64,000 bases of DNA from the IMG/VR virus record IMGVR_UViG_3300037245_003639; one strand, given 5' to 3'. The position numbers and the translations under genes were made by a program. How positions within the stretch are numbered: the stretch's first letter is position 1; each line of letters opens with the position of its first letter. Below the pieces are notes generated by a model. That model made no database searches and was not told the DNA's origin. It saw only the letters and a program-made list of their open reading frames with translations. Below are positions 34,973 to 43,678 of the stretch, in pieces. This DNA comes from a virus.

Positions 34973-35710
34973 TTACGCCAAGCCCATTGTCCGCCGATAC
35001 TCGGCTTCGTCCATCGGGACGCCACCAGCGGGAGCCGCTTCCATGCCGCTTGTCGTGACAACGTGACGGCGGCTGTACTCCAATGCTTCGGTCGAGTCGT
35101 ACTCAATCGGGCTGTCTTGCGTCGGGTCGGTGACAATCCACGTATGACCGAGAGCGTGAAACTCGGTAACTCCCCGCATACAGAGTTGCGTATACGGTCG
35201 CCACTGGCCGAAACGTCCAGCCATTTTCTGTCCGTTAGGCTGGATTTTCACGCCGTCAGTATAGAAACCCGCCAGCGGATACAGGTCACGCTCTAGCGGG
35301 TCATAGTTACGGCCGCGGCCCGTCAAAACGGGAGCGTGACGGGAGCCGTTACCCTTTTCCCGATTGTAGTTGATACAGGATACCCAGCGGAGCGTACGAG
35401 CGGCTTGTAGGATGATTTTCTCACCCGGGCGTCGGGCTGGCTTTTCTCGCAAGTCGTAACGCTTGCCGTCAGGTCCGTAGACGATGCTAGCATTACTTCT
35501 ATCAGGATGCGTTTGTCCATCGTCAGTAACGAGCTTGGAATGGTCGCCACAACGCACCAGCGTCCCGCTTTCCGTCATGTTGGGGGGCGGATAGCGGGAA
35601 TAAACGTCGGTACGTCGGACAATGTTAGCAGTGAAGATTCGCCACGGTGATTTAGCGATAATATCAAACGTCGCTTTGACTTCCTGTCGCCTGATATGGT
35701 AAGTCGCCAT
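34973..35710 (-). CDS. hypothetical protein, 245 aa (His-containing block EFHALGHTW; possible hydrolase)
   Basis: Promoter 35739-35768 (TTGACA-N18-CATAAT) and the conserved leader. Confidence 0.45.
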   Translation of the reverse strand: MATYHIRRQEVKATFDIIAKSPWRIFTANIVRRTDVYSRYPPPNMTESGTLVRCGDHSKLVTDDGQTHPDRSNASIVYGPDGKRYDLREKPARRPGEKIILQAARTLRWVSCINYNREKGNGSRHAPVLTGRGRNYDPLERDLYPLAGFYTDGVKIQPNGQKMAGRFGQWRPYTQLCMRGVTEFHALGHTWIVTDPTQDSPIEYDSTEALEYSRRHVVTTSGMEAAPAGGVPMDEAEYRRTMGLA

Positions 35711-35763
35711 GCTATCCCTTTCGCTTTGACCTATAGGGATTATGGCCTATGTTGGGCTTGCTG

Positions 35764-36018
35764 TCAAGTTCTTTTTGGCTTAAAATTCTCGGGATGCGCG
35801 GTCTTGCGAACGTCAACGTAGTCACGAACCGCTTGCTTCGTAGCTACATGAACCCAGCTTTTGTCTGGGAAGTCGATTCGCCAGTAACGGGTACGATAGA
35901 TACCGTCCCCAAAATCCTTCGGTGTCCCACATTGTCCCCAATTGCAGTAACAATGTACAGGGACTATCTTACAGCCCTTGTATGTCCAGTTTTTGCGGCG
36001 GTCTGGTTTCATGCTCAA
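35764..36018 (-). CDS. small Cys-rich protein, 84 aa
   Basis: ORF. Confidence 0.4.
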   Translation of the reverse strand: MSMKPDRRKNWTYKGCKIVPVHCYCNWGQCGTPKDFGDGIYRTRYWRIDFPDKSWVHVATKQAVRDYVDVRKTAHPENFKPKRT

Positions 36019-36113
36019 ACCCTACAGCAGATTCGGCAGGTTGTCAAGTTCTTTTGCGAGAAAACTCGACTAACCGGCCAAGCAGGAGGCCAGCGTCCAC
36101 TTGAGATCAGTGT

Positions 36114-36445
36114 TCATCCTGAGTTGTCAGCCCCCTCCATAGCAGTCGTGACAGCGTCGGCAATCTTAGCGGGGTTTGCGTTTCTGATAAGCGGATACAA
36201 CGCCACTAGCAGGGATTCCACGCCGTCGGTAAAACCGTTAGCAAACAGACGGTCTCTCACGTCGCATTCGAACGTGCCTTGCAGCTCGCTCTTGGCATCT
36301 TGGATGCTGGCTGTGCTACCGTCGCATTCGTAGCAACAGTTATCCTGCCCGCAATGGTCGCAGGTCTGACGAGGCAACGCCGATGCGATGCTATTCTCAA
36401 CCAACTCGATTTCGACATTCTGTGGATATACTCGAAATTTCACGC
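36114..36445 (-). CDS. hypothetical Cys-rich protein, 110 aa (GTG start)
   Basis: SD GGAGGA directly after the 15-bp element at 36455-36469; stop followed by the element at 36098-36112. Confidence 0.45.
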
Positions 36446-36605
36446 CAGTCCTCCACTTGAGATCAGTGCTCTTCCTACTCTACGCCACTTGAATTCTGTC
36501 GGCATCACGAGTCCTCAACTCCTGAAACGGTAGTTTACCTGATACCGGCTGGCTTGTCAAGGGAATTATATGTTCATTTTATGAGAAATTTATTCAGAGT
36601 TGGGG

Positions 36606-36634
36606 TTGACAAATGCTTGACAGTGTTGTATACT
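36606..36634 (+). promoter_or_regulatory. plus-strand sigma70-type promoter TTGACA-N17-TATACT inside the minus-strand block
   Basis: Read directly. Confidence 0.5.
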
Positions 36635-36640
36635 TCATTC

Positions 36641-36800
36641 TGTTGAGTGAATGGAATGGCCCATAGGAGGCCGAAACCCGCGCAGGAGAATCGCCTATGC
36701 GAACCGGAAACACCTGGTCAAGTTCCTAATTATTGGTCAACATCGCGCAGACGTACCGTTCGACATACGGTCCCGGGTCCAAACCCGGGGCCGTTTTTAT
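36641..36800 (+). ncRNA. candidate sRNA of about 160 nt between promoter 36606-36634 and terminator cccggg-tccaaa-cccggg plus T-tract (36772-36799)
   Basis: The only ORF, 36651-36839, runs through the terminator and has no SD. Confidence 0.4.
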
Positions 36801-36891
36801 TTCGTGTTGCAATTCAGTGTTAGCACTGATCTCAAGTGAGTGATCCAGGGTGACAGATTATGTCACCTTCGACGACCTCGTCATCTGCTTA

Positions 36892-36929
36892 AATAAAAAA
36901 ACCGCCAGCAATCTTTCGATCACTGACGG
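36892..36929 (-). terminator. rho-independent terminator (gccgtcag-N14-ctggcgg plus U7) after gene 36946-37512
   Basis: Read on the minus strand. Confidence 0.5.
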
Positions 36930-36945
36930 CATAAAGTATTCGGTG

Positions 36946-37512
36946 TTAGTCTTCGGGTATCAGATGCGTCACATCCAATTCCTGGTCGAACAGGATTGTC
37001 GCGCATGTCGCAGGCAGCATGTCAGTATCCAGGTCGAGGTGCATCGCCGAGGCCACATCCTCGCAGATACTATCAGGAGCGTGAAAGTCCTCGTGGACAG
37101 CAACAAAGAATGGGAAGACGTAGACCCGTTCGCCTTCCTTCCGATCCAGGTAACTCAAGTCAAGGGCAGCGTCGATACGGGCCAACAGGGCTTCCGAGTG
37201 GGCGATTGCGTCTCTGTTTCTTTCGCCATCGTCGTGTCGAGCAGGAGAACTAGGAAGTTCCAACTCCGCTTGTGCGCTGTCGATGCGGCCCTCCACATCC
37301 TCCCGATACTCCAGAACCAGTTTGTGAAGCTCCACGATGAGATTGGGCTGGGCAAACAGGTCAGCCCATTCACCGTAATTCTCGTCCCCTGGGCGACGGA
37401 TTTCTTCGACGTTGCCATGTATGTCTCGGCGACGGATTTTACCGTCATCATCGGGGAACTCGATTACCCCGCCATCGGAAAGCTCGAAACCACCTTCGGA
37501 GAATTTGCCATT
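36946..37512 (-). CDS. hypothetical acidic protein, about 188 aa (GTG start after AAAAAGGAG)
   Basis: Promoter TTGACA-N17-TATATT at about 37533-37562; the longer ORF-track start overlaps the -10. Confidence 0.45.
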   Translation of the reverse strand, partial: NGKFSEGGFELSDGGVIEFPDDDGKIRRRDIHGNVEEIRRPGDENYGEWADLFAQPNLIVELHKLVLEYREDVEGRIDSAQAELELPSSPARHDDGERNRDAIAHSEALLARIDAALDLSYLDRKEGERVYVFPFFVAVHEDFHAPDSICEDVASAMHLDLDTDMLPATCATILFDQELDVTHLIPED

Positions 37513-37575
37513 CACTGTGAACTCCTTTTTGACCACTGAAGTAATATACCACATCTGAAGTGAATTGTCAAGGGG

Positions 37576-37682
37576 GAATGTTCAAAAAAAAGCCACGGCG
37601 ATGGCGCGTCCGCCGCAGCTTGCTCGCAACTAGCTGGTCAAAGCCTGAAAGGAGCCACTGAACGTGGTTCCCAGTTACGAGC
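37576..37682 (-). ncRNA. candidate sRNA of about 105 nt: promoter TTGACA-N17-TACAAT (37689-37717), no ORF, hairpin plus U8 terminator
   Basis: Read directly. Confidence 0.35.
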
Positions 37683-37717
37683 AATAGCATTGTATCGGGA
37701 GCGGGCATGATTGTCAA

Positions 37718-37776
37718 ACAAAAAGCCCGCCGGTCGAATCCCTGTTGTCGCGAACAGCAGGGAAAGACCAGCGGGC
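37718..37776 (-). terminator. strong rho-independent terminator (11-bp outer stem enclosing an 8-bp inner hairpin, plus U-tract) after the small ORF 37823-38029
   Basis: Read on the minus strand. Confidence 0.65.
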
Positions 37777-37822
37777 TATCATTCATTATGTCACATAAGC
37801 CTCGGCTTGGACGACGCTATCG

Positions 37823-38029
37823 TTAGAAGATTGCGAACTTTCGTCCTACAGTATGAGTCATTCTAACTTCACAAATGCAATGGCGGGTTGATACCGCCAG
37901 CCGAGGACTGTCTAACGAGAGGAAGAGAGCTTCAAGCTCCGTTGGCGTGGTAGCGATAGCATCTTGCGGAACTGCTGGGATTGCAGATGCCGTCGCTGCA
38001 AAAATGATAAGCTCAAAGCCAATCACCAT
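37823..38029 (-). CDS. 68-aa hydrophobic peptide; leaderless (ATG 6 nt after the consensus TATAAT)
   Basis: Promoter 38036-38063 (TTGACA-N16-TATAAT). Confidence 0.35.
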   Translation of the reverse strand: MVIGFELIIFAATASAIPAVPQDAIATTPTELEALFLSLDSPRLAVSTRHCICEVRMTHTVGRKFAIF

Positions 38030-38075
38030 GAGTGTATTATACCATTAAAGGACAGGTTGTCAAGCAAAAACGGAT

Positions 38076-38540
38076 TTACTTTCCGATACGGTCTTCTCTC
38101 AGATTCTCTCGTCGCTCAAGTTCTAACTCGTCATATATGTCGTCGGTCTCGCGCATTTGTTCGTGATACAACGCCTCTGCCAAACCATTGAGCGTACAGT
38201 AGGCGTTGTACTGAACGATAGTCAGCATTAGGCCCATCAGCGAATCGAATGTCCCATGTCCAGTCTCGTCGAACTCATTTGGCGATTCATCGTGGCGAGA
38301 TGGACCTTGCTCGAATCTCACCAGTGACCACTTGAAGTAGGGCTGGTCCACAGATGCAAACATGCTCTTGGACCCCGACCCATCTGGTACCTTGCGAGTT
38401 GCCGCTTCTGGGAAGAGAGCCCACATGCCAGCGTTGATGCAGTCGCCTTCGTCGCTGATTTGGATTTGGTCGTCAGGGATTTGGAGCAGACTTGCTGCCT
38501 TTATCACAAACGGCAGTTGTTTTTCAAGCTCAAGTTTCAT
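38076..38540 (-). CDS. hypothetical acidic protein, 154 aa
   Basis: -10 TAGACT 6 nt before the ATG; a 15-bp element sits about 25 bp upstream of the -10 where a -35 would be expected. Confidence 0.45.
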   Translation of the reverse strand: MKLELEKQLPFVIKAASLLQIPDDQIQISDEGDCINAGMWALFPEAATRKVPDGSGSKSMFASVDQPYFKWSLVRFEQGPSRHDESPNEFDETGHGTFDSLMGLMLTIVQYNAYCTLNGLAEALYHEQMRETDDIYDELELERRENLREDRIGK

Positions 38541-38606
38541 GTTGGTAGTCTACTTCATCCTGGTGAGCGACGCCGTTCCACTTGAGATCAGTGTCGCTCG
38601 GCCTTC

Positions 38607-38753
38607 ACTCACCGATTTCGTCCAATGCCCCCAGCACAGCGGCTTCTAGCTTCTCAAACGCTGTCTGCTTACTCCCGTCAATCGGGTGAACAACCTCTTG
38701 CTCTGGGTCGATGCCTTGATTTCGCAAGATTTCTTCGATAAGTTCATTCATCT
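38607..38753 (-). CDS. hypothetical protein, 48 aa
   Basis: Promoter TTGACA-N17-TAGACT (38772-38798). Confidence 0.35.
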
Positions 38754-38820
38754 TTGCTCCCTTGCGGGTAGTCTACTCCATCCGCGAAAGTTTGTCAAGG
38801 ACGGATTCGGAACTAGCTTG

Positions 38821-39204
38821 TCAGAATCGTTCGACCAGCTCTGCGACGCGAGCCACAGCGGCAGCTCGTCGCGCCACTTCACTTGAGATCAGTGTCGCTT
38901 TGCTCAAACCCATCGTGGCTTCAAATGCAGCTACGTCTTGTTCGATTGCAGCCAAGGCACTCTCTTCTAAGGAAGTATCACGGCCACGGGCCTGCCCGTT
39001 TTTGATGCGAACTCTTAGGGATTCCGCGTTGAAAGTGGGATAATGAATGGTTAGGTCGTTATACCCTTCGACCCGGAGGCTGTTACGATACTCACCCCAA
39101 TTCGGCCCGATGAAACGAGCAACGGTTTCGCCGTCCCCGTTTACTTCCAATTCAAAACGCTCTTTCTCATCAGAGATAAGCGTTTTGACGTATATTTCGT
39201 CCAC
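38821..39204 (-). CDS. hypothetical protein, 127 aa (contains a 15-bp element in frame, encoding TLISSE)
   Basis: ORF. Confidence 0.45.
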   Translation of the reverse strand: MDEIYVKTLISDEKERFELEVNGDGETVARFIGPNWGEYRNSLRVEGYNDLTIHYPTFNAESLRVRIKNGQARGRDTSLEESALAAIEQDVAAFEATMGLSKATLISSEVARRAAAVARVAELVERF

Positions 39205-39225
39205 GGGTCAGAACCTCACTTGAGA

Positions 39226-39600
39226 TCAGTGCCCTTGTTCCACGGCCAACTGTTTGAGTTTCATCTTGGCTATCTGTTTGGCATACTTGCGGAGCATCTT
39301 CTTCGCTCCAGCAGCCATCCTAAGCGTTATGTCTCCACGCCAGTTGGCAATGCGACCACCGAAGTCGCCATCCCGCCCATTGTAACCAATTCGGTTGAGA
39401 GCGATAGTCCGACCAGCGTCTTGCTCTTCGTTGGTCTGTTGCGAATGAATCATCTTAGCGGCCCGTTTCAAGGCAGCCCGATGTTCACGTAGGTTGATGT
39501 CGCAAGTAGAATCAAACCACTCACGAATCGCTTTAGCCTTGGCGTTGAGTTCTTTCGTTGTCATTGGCCCGTGCCTTTCGGGCTTTCTTGCCCCTGGCAT
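39226..39600 (-). CDS. hypothetical protein (start uncertain: MPGARK or MTTKEL); stop TGA lies inside the 15-bp element 39217-39231
   Basis: An out-of-frame 48-aa basic ORF (39537-39683) is TAATG-coupled to the upstream gene. Confidence 0.4.
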   Translation of the reverse strand: MPGARKPERHGPMTTKELNAKAKAIREWFDSTCDINLREHRAALKRAAKMIHSQQTNEEQDAGRTIALNRIGYNGRDGDFGGRIANWRGDITLRMAAGAKKMLRKYAKQIAKMKLKQLAVEQGH

Positions 39601-39678
39601 TCGGTTGTTTGGGAGGAACTATCACGGTGACTTCTACGGGTCGGCTACCCAACGTCAAAACTGCCAGTCGCTTATCCA

Positions 39679-39927
39679 TTAGCTTGTCCTCGCGTTCACT
39701 TTCCACTTATTGCCACAGTTCCCCCGACAAAAAGCCTCGTCCCCCATAATTTCCACTGTCCCTGATTGGCAGAGCGGACATTCACGGTTAGGAGGAGGCT
39801 CAATCGTTGGCTTGAAGTTGGCGTACCGTTCGTAATGCTCGGTACAAAAGTCGAAGTGGCCGACATGATGCGATGCTCGCTTATCGCAACGCTCATCTGG
39901 TTTTAGTAGTTGCCAGTTGCATCTCAT
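39679..39927 (-). CDS. zinc-finger protein, 82 aa
   Basis: Cys/His pairs. Confidence 0.4.
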   Translation of the reverse strand: MRCNWQLLKPDERCDKRASHHVGHFDFCTEHYERYANFKPTIEPPPNRECPLCQSGTVEIMGDEAFCRGNCGNKWKVNARTS

Positions 39928-40011
39928 GTCGGTATCTTACTCTATTCTGGTTGAATTGTCAAGCGGAACTTTGTTCTATTTCGTGTTGCAATTCCGTGTT
40001 GGAATTCCGTG

Positions 40012-40674
40012 TTAGGCAGCGGCTTCTACTTGCTTGCGGACTTCATCGTCCACGCTATCCAGCATCCCGTTTTCCGTAGGGTCGCTGCCATAGAAACCCC
40101 AGCATGAATCGCCAGTTTCCCCTCTTCCGCCGCATTCGCCACAGGGCGGCTTGCGGACGATGTAGCCGTAGGTATCGCCCGCGAGAAACTGACTGTAGAT
40201 TTCCACTTCGGCAACCAACGCTGCCGTTATCCGCGCGAGCAATTCGTCGGTCAGAAATTCAGGGTTGCTTTCCGGACAGAATTCTTCGATAATCCTCCGC
40301 TTTGTGATGTAAATCCAACCGACTTGCCCCCAGTCCCATCCCGCCGAATCACAGGCGCGAAACGCATCGTTGCTGGTCCGCAAGGCAAGGCCGCTATGGT
40401 CCATGAGAAACAGCGGAAGTATCACTTCGATTCCGTCGCTCACATGCTCTTCCTGGCATGTATGAATCGAATGCAAGTGGGCCTTCAATCCATCCCAGTC
40501 CTTGAAGTCTTCGGAGCGATAGTCATGTTCGTCGCCCAGATTGTAGCGACCGTGGAAGCAAACCATCGTTCCGAGGTTATCCCAGTCACGGGGACTTTCG
40601 GGGTCAGAGTCAGAGTGAATCTCAAACTGACCACCATTGGAAAGTTGAATCGTCTGAATCGGGTCCAATTTCAT
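40012..40674 (-). CDS. hypothetical protein, 220 aa
   Basis: The TTTTCCGCGGAAA box lies between the -35 and -10 of its promoter (40726-40738). Confidence 0.5.
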   Translation of the reverse strand: MKLDPIQTIQLSNGGQFEIHSDSDPESPRDWDNLGTMVCFHGRYNLGDEHDYRSEDFKDWDGLKAHLHSIHTCQEEHVSDGIEVILPLFLMDHSGLALRTSNDAFRACDSAGWDWGQVGWIYITKRRIIEEFCPESNPEFLTDELLARITAALVAEVEIYSQFLAGDTYGYIVRKPPCGECGGRGETGDSCWGFYGSDPTENGMLDSVDDEVRKQVEAAA

Positions 40675-40739
40675 CTCCTGTTAGCGTAGCTCGCTTTGCT
40701 AGCTTGATAGATGAACCTTACCAGATTTTCCGCGGAAAG

Positions 40740-41192
40740 TCAAGACAAAATTTGCTGTTTCAGTTCTTCGGCCACAGCGGGCAAGTCCAAGTCGAAGCCC
40801 GTCCCCAGAATGCTACTCACGCCGATAGCCAATTCGGTTTCCTTGTCGCTCAGCGGAGGAACATCTTGCAGCGCAAGATGATCCACGGATCGTTGTAACG
40901 CCTTGGCATCGGCCAGCGGCAAAGTGAGACTAACTTCGATGCCATCGTCCTTAAGCTCGAATCCGATTGTGGTCTCAACGTCGTTCGTCGGCTTCTTGAC
41001 CTTGGCCAAGTCTTTCGACAAGGCCGTCGCCAAGACGCCTTCAAAAGCGCCAAGGTCGCCTTCCAGAATTCCCGCGTGAGAAGCGAGAAGTTGTCGGAGA
41101 ACCTTAGCGTCGTCCGCAGGGAGAGTTAGATTCGCCTGAACGCCATTGTCCCTAACTTCAAACTCAACGCTGGTTTCAACTTCGCTACTCAT
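40740..41192 (-). CDS. hypothetical protein with an internal duplicated domain of about 60 aa
   Basis: Two repeats of E(F/V)E(L/V)(K/R)D(N/D)G(V/I)...LTLP...DAKAL. Confidence 0.45.
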   Translation of the reverse strand: MSSEVETSVEFEVRDNGVQANLTLPADDAKVLRQLLASHAGILEGDLGAFEGVLATALSKDLAKVKKPTNDVETTIGFELKDDGIEVSLTLPLADAKALQRSVDHLALQDVPPLSDKETELAIGVSSILGTGFDLDLPAVAEELKQQILS

Positions 41193-41698
41193 TCTGTTAC
41201 TCCTGCAAGTTTGAGTTCATCCCTCCACTCTCGTCCACATTTATTGCAGCGGACAAAACGACAAACCCCGTGGTCATACGTTTCATACGCCCCGCACATC
41301 AGGTCGTCACTGCCGCATTCTTCCTTCATGCAGCGGACGCCACCTTGCTCAATGTATCGGCTCAGTTCGCCTGCCGTGAATTCCCCATCGCAATCGAGCA
41401 AACGAGCATCTTCACGAGCAGGCTCAAGGTCGATGATATGCGTCGGGTCTTCTGCATTGATGTCCCCCCAGACAATCAAACGCAATCTCCCGTGGAAACG
41501 CTCCAGCAGAATCGGATGGGCTTGGCTCGCTGTTCGAATGTCCTGCTGTCTTGGACGGCTTCGAGTTTCGGCAGTCATTTCCCCGTAACCCTGAACCCCA
41601 ATCAGAAGAGCCAGCCCATCCTTCTCTAGTTGGACTGATACTTGGGTTTTCTCGGTATGTTCATCAGAAACGTCTCGAAGCGTGAAATCAATATTCAT
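41189..41698 (-). CDS. hypothetical protein, 169 aa
   Basis: ATGA overlap. Confidence 0.45.
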   Translation of the reverse strand: MNIDFTLRDVSDEHTEKTQVSVQLEKDGLALLIGVQGYGEMTAETRSRPRQQDIRTASQAHPILLERFHGRLRLIVWGDINAEDPTHIIDLEPAREDARLLDCDGEFTAGELSRYIEQGGVRCMKEECGSDDLMCGAYETYDHGVCRFVRCNKCGREWRDELKLAGVTE

Positions 41699-41707
41699 CG
41701 CAATCTC

Positions 41708-42004
41708 CTACCCAGCGCGGGGCCACGCATAACCACAACCGTCAACTCGCCACGAATACTCCTCGTTGCCCACCCGAACCACAGGGCCGTCCAACGCGCG
41801 AACGTCGTTGTGGTTGATAGACGTGACCTTCACTTCCATGAATTGACCATCAACGTAGGTAACAGCCTTTTGTCCCCGCTTCAAAGTCGCAAACCTCTCG
41901 TTGACCTTTGACCATGATTCAAAATCCCCTTCCGCGAATTTCACGTAGTCAGGAGAAATCGCAATGGCTTGTTCTCTCGTGATAACGCCTTTGGTTAGTT
42001 TCAT
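41708..42004 (-). CDS. hypothetical protein, 98 aa
   Basis: ORF. Confidence 0.4.
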   Translation of the reverse strand: MKLTKGVITREQAIAISPDYVKFAEGDFESWSKVNERFATLKRGQKAVTYVDGQFMEVKVTSINHNDVRALDGPVVRVGNEEYSWRVDGCGYAWPRAG

Positions 42005-42112
42005 GCCTGGAGCTTACCACCGCCCCTTGGGATTGTCAAGGGGTGACTTCGAGTTCAAAAACAGAGCCCAGCCACCTTCGTCCCGGATCTCACTTGAGAT
42101 CAGTGTGAACCG

Positions 42113-42445
42113 TCAACCCATCTGGCGGAATTCAATCTCCGTATCGTCCTGGATAACCATCTCCACAATCTCACGGCCATTGCGGTCCACGAGTTCTTTC
42201 AACGGAGTGCCCCCATACAGAAAGTCGGCAATCTTCATCAGTTGGTAGGACAAGACGCCCGCAGCAAGCTTGTTGCGACGGCTCTCGGGGCAATGCTTGA
42301 GAGCACATGCCACAGTTTCGACAAAATCTTTCCGAAGGCTGATGGTGATTACTCCATCATCAGCATCAGCTTCGTCAATGTTGAACAACTGCGCCATCGG
42401 CGAGCGGCTATTCTCCGCTGGGGGATTCTCTCTTGTTTCAGGCAT
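42113..42445 (-). CDS. hypothetical protein, 110 aa
   Basis: Stop followed 8 nt later by the 15-bp element. Confidence 0.45.
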   Translation of the reverse strand: MPETRENPPAENSRSPMAQLFNIDEADADDGVITISLRKDFVETVACALKHCPESRRNKLAAGVLSYQLMKIADFLYGGTPLKELVDRNGREIVEMVIQDDTEIEFRQMG

Positions 42446-42461
42446 TTTGGTCTGTTCCTAG

Positions 42462-42764
42462 TTAGTAGGGAGCAGTCTCTAGTCCTGTTTCAGGATGCTT
42501 TGCTTTGGCTCGCAAGCCAAGAGCAATGAGTTGAGCGAGTTCGAGTGACTGCATCGGCATTGAATCAATCTCATCCGCAGCCCCACCTTGCTCGACCATT
42601 TCGGGAGGAGCATTCCCATCCACTTGCCAACTTTCCAACTCTTCGGCAGCGGCATTCAGCTCATCGGCAGTCACAGCATAAACATCGCAAACCTTTGCAA
42701 TGGTTTTTTTCGTTGGTTCGGACATCGCTGTTTCAACATCCACGAAAACATCACGAAGGGCCAT
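42462..42764 (-). CDS. hypothetical protein, about 100 aa
   Basis: Promoter 42786-42814 (TTGACA-N17-TATAGT) and SD GGAGAA. Confidence 0.45.
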   Translation of the reverse strand: MALRDVFVDVETAMSEPTKKTIAKVCDVYAVTADELNAAAEELESWQVDGNAPPEMVEQGGAADEIDSMPMQSLELAQLIALGLRAKAKHPETGLETAPY

Positions 42765-42887
42765 TTTGTTTCTCCTATTGACCCAACTATACATTGCCAT
42801 TGGTGGTTTGTCAAGGATAATTTTCAGTGCGGGAAATTCCGTGTTGCGAATTTCGTGTTGAGGCCCAGCCCCGGGCTAACATTAATC

Positions 42888-42945
42888 CACTTGAGATCAG
42901 TGCTAAGCAATTTCGTGTTGGGTATAGCTACACTGATCTCAAGTG
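42888..42945. repeat. inverted pair of the 15-bp element (F 42888-42902, R 42931-42945) enclosing one AATTTCGTGTTG iteron
   Basis: Read directly. Confidence 0.8.
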
Positions 42946-42996
42946 GCCTGGTTGCAGCGCCTGGTGGGAGCTACCTCGTCTTGAAAATGCGGGCGC

Positions 42997-43063
42997 AAAA
43001 AAACCGCTCACGAGACCCAAGTAGGAGGACCATCGGTCCCTTGGGGCGTGCTCTCGTAAGCGG
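42997..43063 (-). terminator. terminator hairpin with long stem and large loop, plus U7, after gene 43086-43490
   Basis: Read on the minus strand. Confidence 0.45.
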
Positions 43064-43085
43064 CAGCTTTGGGTAAGCTGTAAGA

Positions 43086-43490
43086 TTAGTCGAGCTTAGG
43101 TTCCGGCAAGCTCCACAGTTCGCAGTAATCTCTCAGAACGACTTTCTGGCAATCCGCAGGCAAGTCCTCGAAACGGATGCGCCGTCCAAGATTAGGGTTG
43201 TGACGACAGATACGGCCCACTTGCTCAGTCCAGCCGTGAGGGCAATCGATGATGGTTTGGCTCTCGCCATGCATACAGATATGGCGCGGGTCCGCGCTCA
43301 TCCCCACGTACTGAAACCACGGCAATTTATGGTAAGGCGTATGTTTCGGTATGCCACGTTGACGATAGCGGCCCGTATAGCAGACCGTATAGCGGTCATT
43401 CTCATCGGGGCCTGAATCCCATACTCGAATCCAGCGGGGGATGCCCTGAGGCATGAGACGTTCAACTCGGTCTGCCTGTCTCTTAGTCAT
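43086..43490 (-). CDS. hypothetical Cys/His-rich protein, 134 aa
   Basis: TTTCCCGCGGAAAA box at 43549-43562 upstream of its promoter. Confidence 0.45.
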   Translation of the reverse strand: MTKRQADRVERLMPQGIPRWIRVWDSGPDENDRYTVCYTGRYRQRGIPKHTPYHKLPWFQYVGMSADPRHICMHGESQTIIDCPHGWTEQVGRICRHNPNLGRRIRFEDLPADCQKVVLRDYCELWSLPEPKLD

Positions 43491-43678
43491 GTCAATAGCT
43501 TACCCCATCACGCCCGATTTGTCAATCCCATTTTGATGTTCCATTTGATTTCCCGCGGAAAAGTTTGAAGGCTATAGATATGCGTCTCTTCTGGTATTCC
43601 GTGTTGGCCTACATCGCTCTCTGTTAAAAGAGCAGGGACGGGCCATGTAGACCCGTCCCTTTGTCATCCCTCCCTCTC

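Noticed and set aside
36850-37539. 229-aa plus-strand ORF opposite gene 36946-37512
   Set aside because: The promoter, SD and terminator support the minus-strand gene, and the plus-strand frame has no initiation signals. Residual uncertainty remains because both frames are open.
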